Positions 1 to 11,410 are shown, counted from the first letter of the stretch. The stretch: 36,363 nucleotides of DNA from Octopus bimaculoides (GCF_001194135.2 NC_068999.1:23870979-23907341), one strand, 5' to 3'. The notes: generated from the letters alone by a model not told the origin. Translations and numbers: made by a program.

Positions 1-4
1 CCTC

Positions 5-269
5 TGTTATGTTTCCCTCGGACTGACTCGCAGAGATAACATAACGAGTTATACAATTTAATTATTACATTTATTGTTCAATTACATACAAAGAACGCAC
101 TCACCCAATGTTCGTTAAGAATAAACAAAAGTCATGTCCGCCAAATATATATCAATGACATTTTACTACGACAGTCCCACAAGACAACAACAATGAAACA
201 ATGAACTCAGACGAACCACATGACACACGGAACGTCAGACGAATGACATATCTAACAGTCCATATAACA
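5..269 (-). mobile_element. Solo LTR (265 bp)
   Basis: Terminal inverted repeat TGTTAT (5-10) / ATAACA (264-269). Right flank CCCTC (270-274); the visible left flank CCTC (1-4) matches its last four bases, consistent with a 5-bp TSD cut by the window edge. A - strand TATA-like run (~146-152) precedes AATAAA (~70-75). Confidence 0.7.
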
Positions 270-378
270 CCCTCCGTTTGGTAACTTGTGCCTGAACAAA
301 CTTGGTTGCTGATAGAGGCCCACATGAAGCTGAATCAGACTGTTTTAAATAATAACATATATATAACTCCTACTAGTG

Positions 379-700
379 TGAAGGTATGTGGCTCAGTGGT
401 TAGAGCATCAGACTAACAATCATGAGGCAGTGAGCTTGATTCCCAGACTGGGCTGTGTGTTGTATTCTTGAGCAAAACAATTTATTTCATGTGACACAGC
501 TGTGGAAATGAGTTGCGATGTCACTGGTGCCAAGCTGTATTGGCCTTTGCCTTTCCCTTGGATAATATTGGTGGCGTGGAGAGGGGAAGCTGGCATGCAT
601 AGGTAACTTCTGGTCTTCCACAAACAACCTTGCCCAGAGGGAAACTTTCTAGATGCAATCCCATAATCATTCATGACCAAAGGGGATCTTTACCCTTTAC
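379..700 (+). mobile_element. Degenerate tRNA-derived SINE
   Basis: A-box-like TGGCTCAGTGGTTAGAGC head, decayed B-box, CORE-like CTTGAGCAAAACA segment, and a tail CATGACCAAAGGGGATCTTTACCCTTTACCC followed by microsatellite. Confidence 0.65.
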
Positions 701-753
701 CCAACTCCTACAAGATGTGTTAAGTGCCTTATATTTCATGTCTACTCACTCAT

Positions 754-870
754 ATATATATATGTGTGTGTGTGTGTGTGTATGTGTGTGTGTATTGCTA
801 TACATACATATATGTGTGTATGTGTGTCTGTGTGCGTGTACATGTACTTGTGTACTTGTGTGTATGTTAA
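754..870. repeat. (TA)n/(TG)n compound microsatellite
   Basis: Directly visible; explains the spurious ORFs 630-878 and 746-943. Confidence 0.9.
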
Positions 871-1326
871 ACAAATGATACTTGTATTTCATGAGGGACA
901 GCTGGAAAGAAGCTAGATTCATGCTATACTTGCTCTCCCTCATTTATATCATTTATATGGCTTTGATTATTTAAAATCTATGCTCTGGTTATGTATCAGA
1001 TGTTGCTCCTCGTGTGTGTATATGTGTATAAGCACACACTCACACAAACACATGGTATACGTACATACACACATGGATCGCATAGAAGAAACTGTAAAAC
1101 GTTTTAACCCTTTGAAATTCAAAAGTAACACTTGTTGTAAAACATAGCTATCTACTACTCTACTGAAGTAATTTCAAATCTTTTGACTACCTAAATAATT
1201 TCAGTGTAGTAGCTACAACATAACTATTTCTATATGGAGTAGAAAAGAGGCATATTCGAGTCCATAAGAAAGCCATATGGCAAACTACTGATTAGCACAA
1301 CCAGTCACAGTGTGATGACGAGAATA

Positions 1327-2636
1327 GAGGGTGAGGCAGAAAGGATGGATGTTTTTGAAAAATTCACAAAATCATTAATTTTAGCTGCAAACAAATTTTA
1401 TTAACATCATTGTGTTTGTATTGAATTAACATTTGTCAAAATCAAGTGTGGAAAACAACATCCATCATGTGGTGTTCGTTTTCATTGATGCATTTCTGAA
1501 GGCGTTCTTGGAAGTTGGCCTCCACTCTCTCCAGCATTGCTCTATTGATTTGGGTGACTTCCATGTGAACAGCTTCCTTCAAATTGTCCAATGTATGGGG
1601 CTTGTGTGCATACACATGTGCCTTGAGGTTTCCCCCCAAGAAATAATCACACATGGACAAATCAAGGGATTGGGGGGGGGGCAAGGAATGTCAGCAAACT
1701 TGGAAATGAGGCAGTCACTGAAGAGAGGGCAAAGAATGTCAATTGATGTTCTGGTTGTGTGGGCCATCACCCTATCCTGCTGAAACCACACATGTTGAAT
1801 AGGCATACGGTTTCATTGTAGTTCAGGCACAAAGAAGTTGTTTATCATCTCGATGTAACGCTCGGAGTTTACAGTAACAGCATTTCCATTATTGTCTTCA
1901 AAAAAGTAAGGACCAATAACAGCAGCTTTTCCAACAGCACACCAAACTGTCACTTTTGGGCTGTGCAGTGGGCTTTCATGCAGTTCTCTCGGTTTTTCAA
2001 GAGCCCAATAACCTGTTGATTCACCATACCATTGAGCTGAAAATGAGCTTCATCACTCATTCACAAAATGAGTTGTTTGCTTAAAAAATTGCTTCCATCT
2101 GATGTGCAAAGTTAAGCTACCATGCATAGTCCCATGGTTTCAACTGTTGTCCAATGACCAATTTGCATGGGTGGAACTGTAGGTCTTCATGCAAAATACA
2201 CCTTACCGATTGATTACTGATGCCAAGTTCAGTGGAATGTCTTTGAGTAGACTGATTCGGACTCTGTATCAAAACTTATCTGATGCATTCCACATTTTGT
2301 GGAGTCTATACTGTTTGTGGTGCCCTCACCAATCTCCTATTCATTAGTGTACCTTGTGTACGGAGTGCATTTGCCCAATGTAAGATTGTGTTGCAGGTGG
2401 GAACAGCCTGATTTCAGTGAATGTTGAAGTCTACTGTGACAGACTCGTCATTCTTCATGTAACTGTCATAGGCAAACACATGATGCTCTATCATCCACAC
2501 TGCCATAGCTTCACCTGAAATGAAAAAAACATGCTAAGACACCATGAACCAAATGGTACCTGTCAGACACATGTCCCTCCTCCTGGGGCTGAGTAATAGC
2601 CATTTCAAAAACATCCGTCCTGTCTGCCCCACCCTG
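1327..2636 (-). mobile_element. Full-length but inactivated Tc1/mariner-superfamily transposon, DD41D (rosa/Visitor-type)
   Basis: 34-bp TIRs (1327-1360 GAGGGTGAGGCAGAAAGGATGGATGTTTTTGAAA; the right end reverse complement differs at 4 positions), TA flanks at 1325-26 and 2637-38, length 1310 bp. - strand remnants WFQQD...(frameshift in G run ~1671-1681)...SLDLSMCDYFL give 41 residues between the second and third catalytic Asp. Confidence 0.88.
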
Positions 2637-3592
2637 TATAAGAGATATTCATCATCTCTTATCATTTCATAGTGTTCCTCTTTCCACTCTCAAATGATGA
2701 AGAGAAGACAACACTTCAAAATGCATACAAGCTGACTTGTGTTTACACCTATTTGTCTACAGCAAGAAATTTTCTCCGTGACAATACATTGAATGGCTTT
2801 CTTATGAGTTTGAATATGTAACAGTGAGGCAAATATTGTCACAGCAGCATCTCAAGAGAACAACAGGTGTGTTTTGCTCTATGTTGATGCTGTACAAGTG
2901 TTTATCACTTGCTAAGATGAAATTTGTTGTTTGATACAGAAGGAAAATTGAATAATATAGTGATTGGTATTGCTGAAAGCTTGCTGAGTGTAAAACAACT
3001 TAGTGAATGCAATTGAAACAGCATTACATTAAAATCAGTGATTTCAGAATGGAGGATGACATAAGTTAGCCATTCAGAAACATAAAAAATTTACCTAAAC
3101 AAAACATTTGTCTATAATAATAAAAACGAAATTCTGCCTGTCTGTCTGGGATCCCTTTATCTCAGTCTACATTTGCTCTACATAAACATATTATACCTTT
3201 TTGGAATCAGGATGATCCCAGGATTGAAAATCTGTCCTTCATTTGGTTCTTGAACATCCAGCATCAGCATCTGACTTAAAAGTATTTAGTTTGCTATTTC
3301 TAGCAGGTATTATAATCCTGTTTGTTCATTTGTTCACACTTTATGCTTTAGTTTGTTAGAGAGGGGGAGGTGAACTGAGAGTGAGAGAGAGAGGGGTGGA
3401 GAGTGAGAGGGAGAGGGAGAGGAAGTGTGAGAGCAAGAGATAGGGAAGGAGAGTGAGATAGCAGATAGCCAGCAGATGCATTAAACTGTCAGTTGTCATG
3501 TAGTCAGTGGAAGTGAGATGTGAAGAGAAAGAAAAAGAGGGAATGTTAATGATGTAAAGAGGGGAATTACCATGATTAAAACGTTTGTTGAA

Positions 3593-3594
<2 letters not shown>

Positions 3595-3654
<60 letters not shown>
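3595..3654. repeat. (GA)n microsatellite
   Basis: Directly visible run of about 30 units. Confidence 0.95.
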
Positions 3655-3657
<3 letters not shown>

Positions 3658-4008
3658 TGTTTAGAGGAAGAAAATTTTTAAATCATATAATTATCGTGAT
3701 CGGAAATGAAATAACTTAGCAAAATAGTTATTGATGTTATTTTTTTAAAATTTGCAATGGAATTGAAACTAATCATGTAAATAAAAGCCTTGTGTATATT
3801 TTCTATATTGTTTTGTGTACATTAATTGTATATAATGTAAAGTAATTATGATAAAATATTGCATAATAAGGAACATGCAATTATATATTGATCTTGCAGT
3901 TTCAATAGAATTCAATACTAATGAATGATATGTGTATTTAGTATTGCATACATTGTTATTGCATATCTTTGGGAAAAAGGGAATATTTTGAATTTCTCTT
4001 TTGCACAG

Positions 4009-4058
4009 ATGTCTAGATGTTCACTATATGGATCATTCCTATTAGATGGATCCTACAG
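4009..4058 (+). other. Candidate 50-nt exon of unknown transcript
   Basis: Acceptor TTTCTCTTTTGCACAG and donor CAG|GTATGC. Only one frame is open (MSRCSLYGSFLLDGSYR). No recognisable homology. Confidence 0.3.
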
Positions 4059-4116
4059 GTATGCATGTATGTATGTATGCATAAATGAATGTGTGCATAC
4101 AAGTGTATGTGTGTAT

Positions 4117-4400
4117 CGAGTGAGGTCGTTGCCAGTGCCGCTGGACTGACTCCTGTGCAGGTGGCACGTAAAAAACACCACTTGAGCGTGGCCATTGCCA
4201 GTACCGCCTGACTGGCCCTCGTGATGGTGGCATGTAAAAGCATCCACTACACTCTCGGAGTGGTTGGCGTTGGGAAGGGCATCCAGCTGTAGAAACTCTG
4301 CCAGATCAGACTGGAGCCTGGTGCAGCCATCTGGTTCGCCATTCCTTAGTCAAATCGTCCAACCCATGCTAGCATGGAAAGCGAACGTTAAACGATGATG
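4117..4400 (+). mobile_element. 5'-truncated RTE LINE 3' UTR/tail
   Basis: About two ~60-bp subrepeats, the GGCGTTGGGAAGGGCATCCAGCTGTAGAAAC module and tail GAAAGCGAACGTTAAACGATGATG. Same family as 7931-8574, which retains RTE coding sequence. Confidence 0.8.
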
Positions 4401-4476
4401 TATGTGTGTGTATGTACATAAGTGTGTCTGAATGTATGTGTCTGTCTGTCTGTATGTATGCATGTTTGTATGTATG

Positions 4477-4681
4477 TTTTATATCCTTGACAAACATTGG
4501 ATATATAATTTAACAATGCAGAGGTGAAATCAATGTGTTCACACATACTTCATGAGACACTAAAACACCCTCTGAACAACTCCTATTGACCCTTATCTCA
4601 ACCAATAAGCTATTCTTTATAAGAGTTCAGCTTGTCCATTCTTCCAATTCCCCAGGGGTGTCAATGACTCTTGCCACAACA
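4477..4681 (-). repeat. 3' LTR of the Mag-like element, outer end lost
   Basis: Aligns by eye to ~8795-8975 (ATATATAATTTAAC.ATGCAGAGGT.AAATCAATGTGTTCAC...AGGGGT.TCAATGACTC..CCACAACA). The distal part is replaced by microsatellite. Confidence 0.8.
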
Positions 4682-4691
4682 TCTCCCCCTT
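4682..4691 (-). promoter_or_regulatory. Polypurine tract (AAGGGGGAGA)
   Basis: Purine run directly 5' of the LTR's TG on the - strand. Confidence 0.8.
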
Positions 4692-5009
4692 GTGATTGAC
4701 TTCCATTGGAAGTTAATGTTATTATTTTCATTTATTTATTTTTCTTTCATCACATCTCCCTTTTTGAAATTTTCCTCCAAGGGAAGTTTAATATTTCTTC
4801 TGTTTAGGCTCTACTTCCAACCGTTCTGTTTGTTTTTTCTTTCTTGTGCTGCTGTGCCTAGGTTCAATTTCTTGTGACTTTGCAATATCAAGGGTGCTAT
4901 GACACCCCCATGAATATCTATTTATATCTATTTTTTAGTTAGTTTAAATGTCTTTTGTGTTCCCATTTTACGCCTCTTATCATATTTGTCATTTTGCCTA
5001 TTCTTTTTC

Positions 5010-5259
5010 TTACTACTCTGTCTTCCATTTTTATATATTTTGAAAAACACCTTGTCACTGATATTAAAATGGTTTGACATATTTTTAGTGTTTTCCTTGT
5101 GTGTTTTTCTTAACTGGTAAGCATAGGAGTAGCTGTGTGGCAAGTAGCTTGCTTATGAACCACATGGTTCTGGGTTCAGTCCCACTGCGTGGCACTTTGG
5201 GCAAGACCAAAGCCTTGTGAGTGGATTTGGTAGACGGTAACTGAAAGAAGCCCGTCATA

Positions 5260-5294
<35 letters not shown>

Positions 5295-7929
5295 NNNNNN
5301 NNNNNNNNNNNNNNNNNNNNNNNNNNNNNNNNNNNNNNNNNNNNNNNNNNNNNNNNNNNNNNNNNNNNNNNNNNNNNNNNNNNNNNNNNNNNNTGTGTGT
5401 GTGTATGGGTGTTTCTTTGTGTCTGTGTTTGTCCCCCCAACTTTGCTTGATAACCGATGCTGGTGTGTTTACGTCCCCATAACTTAGCGGTTCGGCAAAA
5501 GAGTCCGATAAAATAAGTACTAGACTTACAAAGAATAAGTCCTGGGGTCAATTTGCTCCAGCATGGTCACAGTTAAATGACTGAAACAAGTAAAAGAGTA
5601 AAAAGAGTAAAGAGTAGCAGCTTGTCAAAATTTGACATTATCTTTCGAGAAAACATTAATTCCGCAGGTGACTTGCCTGAAAAAGTGTTTAGGTTTGGTG
5701 TTATCCTATAAACCCTCAAGAATTGTGTCAGTGCTGTGTCATTGACTAGCTCATTTATTGAGTTCTTTAATGCTCTTTTAAATGCTTCCACGGGCCTTTC
5801 CACTGGTCTGTTTGATCTTGGGTGAAACAGAGGAGTAGTGATGTGTTCAACTGAGTACATCTTGCAAAAAGTCTTAAATTCATTCATCGTGAATTGTGTC
5901 CCATTATCAGAGACTATGGTATCCAGGACACCATACCTAGCAAAAAGTTAATGTAGAAATTCCACTGTTACTGTAGATGTTGGTTTTCTACATTTACACA
6001 TTTCTGGTCATTTCGAAAAGATATCTACCACTATAAGATAATATGATCAGTTTAACAGTACTGCAAAGTTTAAGTGTAGTCTGGACCATGGAATATCAGT
6101 CTTGGGTCAAGGTTGAAATTTTATAGGTGGTGATTTTGCCAATTTCTCAATATCTAGATCTATTTTTGGCCAGTAAACATAACTCCTCATAAGCGACTTC
6201 ATCCTAGAAATTCTTAGATGTCCAGTGTGGAATTCCTTTAACATTTGACCTTGTAGTGAGGTAGGCATTATGACCCTCTGTGCATAGCATACATAAGCAC
6301 ATTATCGCATATCGAATACAAATTCAAAACAGTGTTACATCCAGCCACACATTTTTTTTATTTGTTTCTTCTGATCTCACTATTTTTTCATTTTTATGAC
6401 AAGCTCATCCGTCTCTGCCTTAATTTTTATTTCCTCCAATGTCACAAGCAATTCGCACACAACATTGCACAACATATTTTTTATTTCATTTTCGGCTTTT
6501 AATACTGCTATCACTGTGTCTTCTAGTGGTTCACTGTACTTTGGTATTAACCTTGACAAACCATCAGTATGTACCAATTTTTTCGATGGTAAATACTTCA
6601 TTTTGAAGTCGTAATTCAGTAGGATCATTCCCCAGCACTGCAATCTGTTGCCTGTATGTGTGGGGATACCTTTTTTGATCCATAGATCAACAATAATGGT
6701 TGGTGGTTTGTCTGCAGACGGAAACTTCTTCCATGTATAAATTTATGGAATTTTGTTTACCACAAGTATGATGGCTAATGCTGCTTTTTCTATTTCTGTA
6801 ACTTTTCTCAGCCGGCAATAGTGAACACAAAGCATGAGCTATTGCTTTCAGGCTACCATTAAAGGTGTGAAAAAACACAGCTCTAATACCACTTTCACTA
6901 GCATCTGCTGCCACTACTATTTCTAAATTTGGGTCATAATGTGATAACAACAATTCCGACATTAAGACGGTTTTAATTTCTTCAAAAACTTTTTGCCATT
7001 TGTCCGACCAGTTACCCTTAACGTCTTTTTCTAATAAGTTATTCAGGAGTGCTCTTAATTTGTGAGCCCCCAAAATGCTTCTAATGTTGTAATGTTTTTC
7101 AGGGGAGGCATATTTTGTATTGCACTCGCCCTAGATGGGTCTGGTCTGTATCCATTTTCATCAATAATCTGCCCTAGATATTTTATTCTTGGCATAAAAA
7201 ATTCACACTTTTCCTTGCTGAGCTTAAACCCATAATCTTTTATTCTTTCAAAGACATTTTTAACATGCTCAGCATGCTGACCATGAGATTCACTTTTTAT
7301 GAGTATGTCGTCAAGGTAAGCTACAGCGAAATCTGAACCTGTGAGCATAATGTCCATAACTTGTTGGAAAATGCCAGGTGCTAACTTTATACCAAAGGGG
7401 AGTCGATTAGATTTATACAGCCTTTTATGGGTATTTATTGTCAATAATTTTGAACATTCTTCATCGACTTTTACCCACAAATATGCTTCAGGTAGGTCCA
7501 ACTTCGAGAAAATTTTCTTCCATTCAACTTCGCGAAAATTTCTTCTGGACTTGGTGACATCAAACATTCATTTAATCCTGTTGAAAAATCAGTGCATACT
7601 TGTATTTTATTATTATTCTTTTTTGACATAAACTGTTGGAGATGTCCAATTTGAGTAACCAGTTTTTTCAATAACACCAAGCTTTTTAAGTCTATCCAAT
7701 TCTTTGTTGACTTGTTCCAACACTGCAAAAGCTACTGTTTGTTTTGGTCTAAATACCGGTATAGCATTTTCATTCACTTGACACTTTGCTTCTGTTTTGG
7801 TGCAAAGACCCAATTCATTAAAAAAAACATCAGGAAAAAATTTTTTAATTCGTTTTTTTAAATCCTCCAATGCCTTATTTGTATTGGTGGAAGAATCTTG
7901 CACATTTTTACAAAAATATTTATGGGAAG
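5010..7929 (-). pseudogene. Gypsy pol remnant (RT-RNase H-integrase), many frameshifts and stops
   Basis: FSKLDLPEAYLWV...RLPFGIKLAPGIFQQVM...AYLDDILI (7055-7567); IVVAADASESGIRAV (6687-7073); HTGHLRISRMKSLMRSYVYWP (~6170-6230); HPRSNRPVER (5573-5887). Confidence 0.9.
5123..5613 (+). mobile_element. tRNA-derived SINE with central microsatellite, inserted in the gypsy integrase
   Basis: Head GTAGCTGTGTGGCAAGTAGCTTG / GGGTTCAGTCCC, CORE-like TTGGGCAAG, (TA)n-gap-(TG)n centre, tail GACTGAAACAAGTAAAAGAGTA. TSD-like GTAAGC (5117-22) / GTAGC (5614-18). Sister copy at 21356-21790. Confidence 0.85.
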
Positions 7930-7930
7930 A

Positions 7931-8574
7931 TCATCATCATCCTCATCATCATCATCATCACCATCGTCGTCGTTTAACGTCTGCTTTCCATGCTAGCATG
8001 GGTTGGACGATTTGACTGAGGATTGGCAAACTAGATGGCTGCACCAGGCTCAAATCTGATCTGGTAGAGTTTCTACAGCTGGATGCCCTTCCTAATGCCA
8101 ACCACTCCGAGAGTGTAGTGAGTACTTTCACGTGCCACCAGCACAAATGCCAGGAAGGCAACGCTGGTAATGATCACATTCGAATAGTGCTTTTTATGTG
8201 CCACCGGCACGGAAGCCAGTCAGCTGCTCTGGCAGTGATCATACTCGGATGGTGCTCTTAGCGCTCCACTGGCATGGGTGCCAGTCATCAAATTTGCGAA
8301 TTTGATTTGATTTCGATTTCACTTGTCTCAACAGGTCTTCGCAAGCAGAGTTTAGTGTCCAATGAAGGAAAGGTACGCATAAATGGGCTGGTTACACCCC
8401 TGGCATAGGCCACAGGTTATGGTCTCACTTGGCTTGCTAGGTCTTCTCACACACTGCATATTTCCAAAGGCCTAATGTTCGAAGGCCGTGCTTCACCACC
8501 TCATCCCAGGTCTTCCTGGGTCTACCTCTTCCACAGGTTCCCTCAACCACTAGGATGTGGCACTTTTTCACACA
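7931..8574 (-). mobile_element. 5'-truncated RTE-clade LINE with ORF end and 3' UTR
   Basis: - strand CVKKCHILVVEGTCGRGRPRKTWDEVVKHGLRTLG, typical of the RTE ORF C-terminus, contiguous with subrepeats, the AGGAAGGGCATCCAGC module and a (GAT)n tail. Confidence 0.85.
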
Positions 8575-8716
8575 ACGAGAATGGACCTGAAGTATTTCCA
8601 GACTTCTTTAACATTACTTCCAGTAACTGTTGGCATTGTTGTTGTTGCTGTTGTAGTTGTTGTAACTGCTATTGTTGGTGTTGCAACTGCACCACACAAG
8701 CCAATAAGTCTTCCAT
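8575..8716 (-). pseudogene. Gypsy gag N-terminus, truncated
   Basis: ATG at 8716: MEDLLACVVQLQHQQ*QLQQLQQQQQCQQLLEVMLKK, about 40 nt inside the 5' LTR. Confidence 0.65.
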
Positions 8717-8754
8717 GCTAATGATTTTTTTCTTTGATTTCGTACCAAAAATAT

Positions 8755-8975
8755 TTTAATGTCCGACGTAAGCTTCAAATATCTCATCACCGCTTTTATA
8801 TCCTAGGTAAATGTAGGATATATAATTTAACGATGCAGAGGTAAAATCAATGTGTTCACTTTGTGAGACCTCAAAACACCTTCTCGATGACTCCTACCAA
8901 CCTCTACTCTTTATAAGAGTTTGGCTAGTCCATTCTTCCAATCCACCAGGGGTATCAATGACTCCCACCACAACA
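8755..8975 (-). repeat. 5' LTR of the Mag-like element (inner boundary approximate)
   Basis: Starts TGTTGTGGTGGG at 8975. Followed after a short spacer by TGGTACGAAATC, a possible decayed PBS. Confidence 0.75.
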
Positions 8976-9042
8976 GTATATATGTACATATGTACGTATG
9001 TATGTATGTTTGTAAGTATTTTTATGTATGTATGTATGTATG

Positions 9043-9772
9043 TTATCAATCAGTTTCATTTCTGTATTTCTTGTCAATAGAGAAAGAGCCGGACTCTAAC
9101 ATAGCTTCAAGGCTCCTTCATTGGAACTTTTATCAACATCATCTAAGTATTTGTGCATATGTGTGTGCGTGCAGTATTTGGTATCAGTGTATGCACAGAT
9201 TTGTATGTTTGTTTTATGGATGCGTTTTTATGTATATATTTTCATGTCTAGGCATATGCATATGTATTTATGTGCAGATTTGTATGTTTGTTTTATGGAT
9301 GCGTTTTTATGTATATATTCTCATGTTTAGATGCATGCATATGTATTTATGTGCCAAATTTTTGGAAAGTTTTACATATCTTTACAGTTCCATTGATGGC
9401 TTGAATCTGTAGTCTTCTAATCAGCCTTTTTCTTTCAGGTTTTGAGAACCCTAATTTTTCCAGGTTTTTGTTGAGGTAGTTTGTTACATATCCCAATGCC
9501 CCAACAATCATGGGTATGAATCTGAACTTGTAGTCCGGGTGGAGTATCTGCAAATTTCTCAGGAGCTCGGCGTAGTTGTTCTCTTTTTCTCTAATCTTTA
9601 GTGTGATGTTGACATCCGCAGGACAGCTGATTTCTACTACTGTACACAGTTTCTCTTCTCTGTCCCAGATTACTATATCCGGTCTATTACGCCTGCATTT
9701 TATTGAGGTTTTTATTGGGACATTCCACCAATACTCTTTCATATTGTGAATGGTAATGGCCTCTACCTCATT
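9043..9772 (-). mobile_element. 3' fragment of an RLE-type non-LTR retrotransposon (R4/Dong-like)
   Basis: NRPDIVIWDREEKLCTVVEISCPADVNITLKIREKENNYAEL...FIPMIVGALG is a PD-(D/E)xK restriction-like endonuclease, open for about 140 codons. The putative 3' UTR contains a tandem ~80-bp duplication and ends in (CATA)n. Confidence 0.8.
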
Positions 9773-10040
9773 ATGTATGTATGTATGTATGTATGTGTGT
9801 ATGTGTGTATGTATGTATGTATGTATGTATGTATTGTTAGTTTCAGTCATAATCATGTTCACAAAATTCCATGTGGTAATCTAGTTTAAATAATGCTACA
9901 TTGATATGTGAAATTTATAATGGGAGAAATAAACTAGTTACTGATTTAGGCTGGAGGAGTCAGCATAAATGTAGGAGGGAACGATCAGAAATAAGTTTCA
10001 AATGGCTTTCTATGCCTGCACGTGTGATGTTGATGGCACC

Positions 10041-10071
<31 letters not shown>

Positions 10072-10175
10072 TGTATGTATGTATGTATGCATGTATGTAT
10101 GTATGTATGTATGCATGTATGTATGTATGTGTGTGTATGTATGTAAGTATGCATGTATGTATGTATGTATGTATA
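9773..10175. repeat. (TATG)n arrays (9773-9832 and 10022-10175) with an unassigned ~190-bp spacer
   Basis: Directly visible. Confidence 0.9.
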
Positions 10176-10541
10176 GGCATAAATCTCTATTGGTTTTGTA
10201 GATTAGTACTGTTATTTTATTAATTGCATTTCTTCCTCATTCAATTTGCAGACACAGGTACAATTATTGCAATAAGTACGAGTAGTGTAAGTGCATAGAT
10301 ACTGCAAGAGTGAATGGGAGAGTGAGAGATGGAGTGGGGGTTGGGGGTTGGGGGTTGGGAGTTGGATATAAAGAATAAGGAACAAGTGTTGAGTGGTTGA
10401 TATAAGTAGGAGAGGTGGCAGAAGAGTTGGTAGCAACTATAGGGATTGAATAAGGTTGAGGAGTGGATGTAGTGAATGGGAGATAAATGTTGGGGGTGGC
10501 CAATTATGTATAGAGATAAAGAGCAGCAGTAATGCCACATC

Positions 10542-11410
10542 ATGGACTCCAGCACACAGAACTACACAGATAACCCCCCGGTCATCGACACGACACTACA
10601 GGCTGCAATCTCCATCAAAGTACCACCCTTTTGGACTCACGATTCGCCATTGTGGTTCTGTCATATCGAGGCCCAGTTCGCTTTGAGACGCATTATGAAC
10701 GATGCCGCTTGCCTCACACATATTATCGGACCCTTATCACCCGAAATCCTGAACGAGGTCCATGACCTTATCATGGCTCCTCCCGGCACGGTATCATATG
10801 ATACCTTCAAAACCACGCTGCTCACCAGGACGGAAGAGTCTCAACAAAAGCATCTCCGCCAGCTACTTCTCACAGAAGAATTAGGGGACAAGAAGCCCTC
10901 CCAGCTCTTGCGACGAATGAAGCAACTCATGGGAGATGATAATCTACCCAACAGAGTGTTGAAACAGCTCTTTGTACAGCATTTGCCATCTAATACACAA
11001 GTGGTCCTCGCTGCCACCAAAGACAACACGTCAGTGGACGAACTCGCTGAATTAGCCGATCGCATTGCTGATGTCCCGAGCAGTTGTCCGTCCCTGTCAG
11101 CAGTTGTAACAGCAGCTCCACCAACCAATCCTCCCCTGCCTTCTACCAGCGCAACAGAGCTTTAATTACAGAGCAGGCATCACAGATACAGCTCCTGACA
11201 ACGAAAATACAAGCCTTATCATATGACAGGCACCACCGTAGCAACAGTTCCGTACGACAATCTGGAAGACATTCTAGAAGTCCGAGTTCATCCTGTAATT
11301 CAAATGGCATTTGCTGGTATCACCGCAAGTTTGGAGCACAGGCGAACCGATGCACAAGACCCTGTTCGTTTTCAGTTTCTCATTTGGGAAACGATTCCAC
11401 CAGAAATTGA
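10542..11410 (+). pseudogene. gag (CsRn1-type, one frameshift near 11160)
   Basis: ORF 10542-11165 continues in the frame of ORF 11084-11410, which carries the C-x2-H-x9-C-x3-C knuckle. Confidence 0.85.

Larger units (their letters stand above)
4477..8975 (-). mobile_element. Degenerate Ty3/gypsy LTR retrotransposon (Mag/K02A2.6-like), interrupted by a SINE and an RTE LINE
   Basis: Two related LTRs (4477-4681 and ~8755-8975), both starting TGTTGTGG on the - strand; PPT abutting the 3' LTR; Gln-rich gag start; RT (YLDD), RNase H and integrase remnants in gypsy order. Confidence 0.9.

Noticed and set aside
3111-3300. Helitron/Helentron-like 5' end (TCTATAATAATAAAAACG...CTGTCTGTCTG)
   Set aside because: No 3' hairpin or CTRR end and no diagnostic insertion site could be found.
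9835-10021. Host exon between the TATG arrays
   Set aside because: No consistent splice pair or recognisable peptide in any frame.
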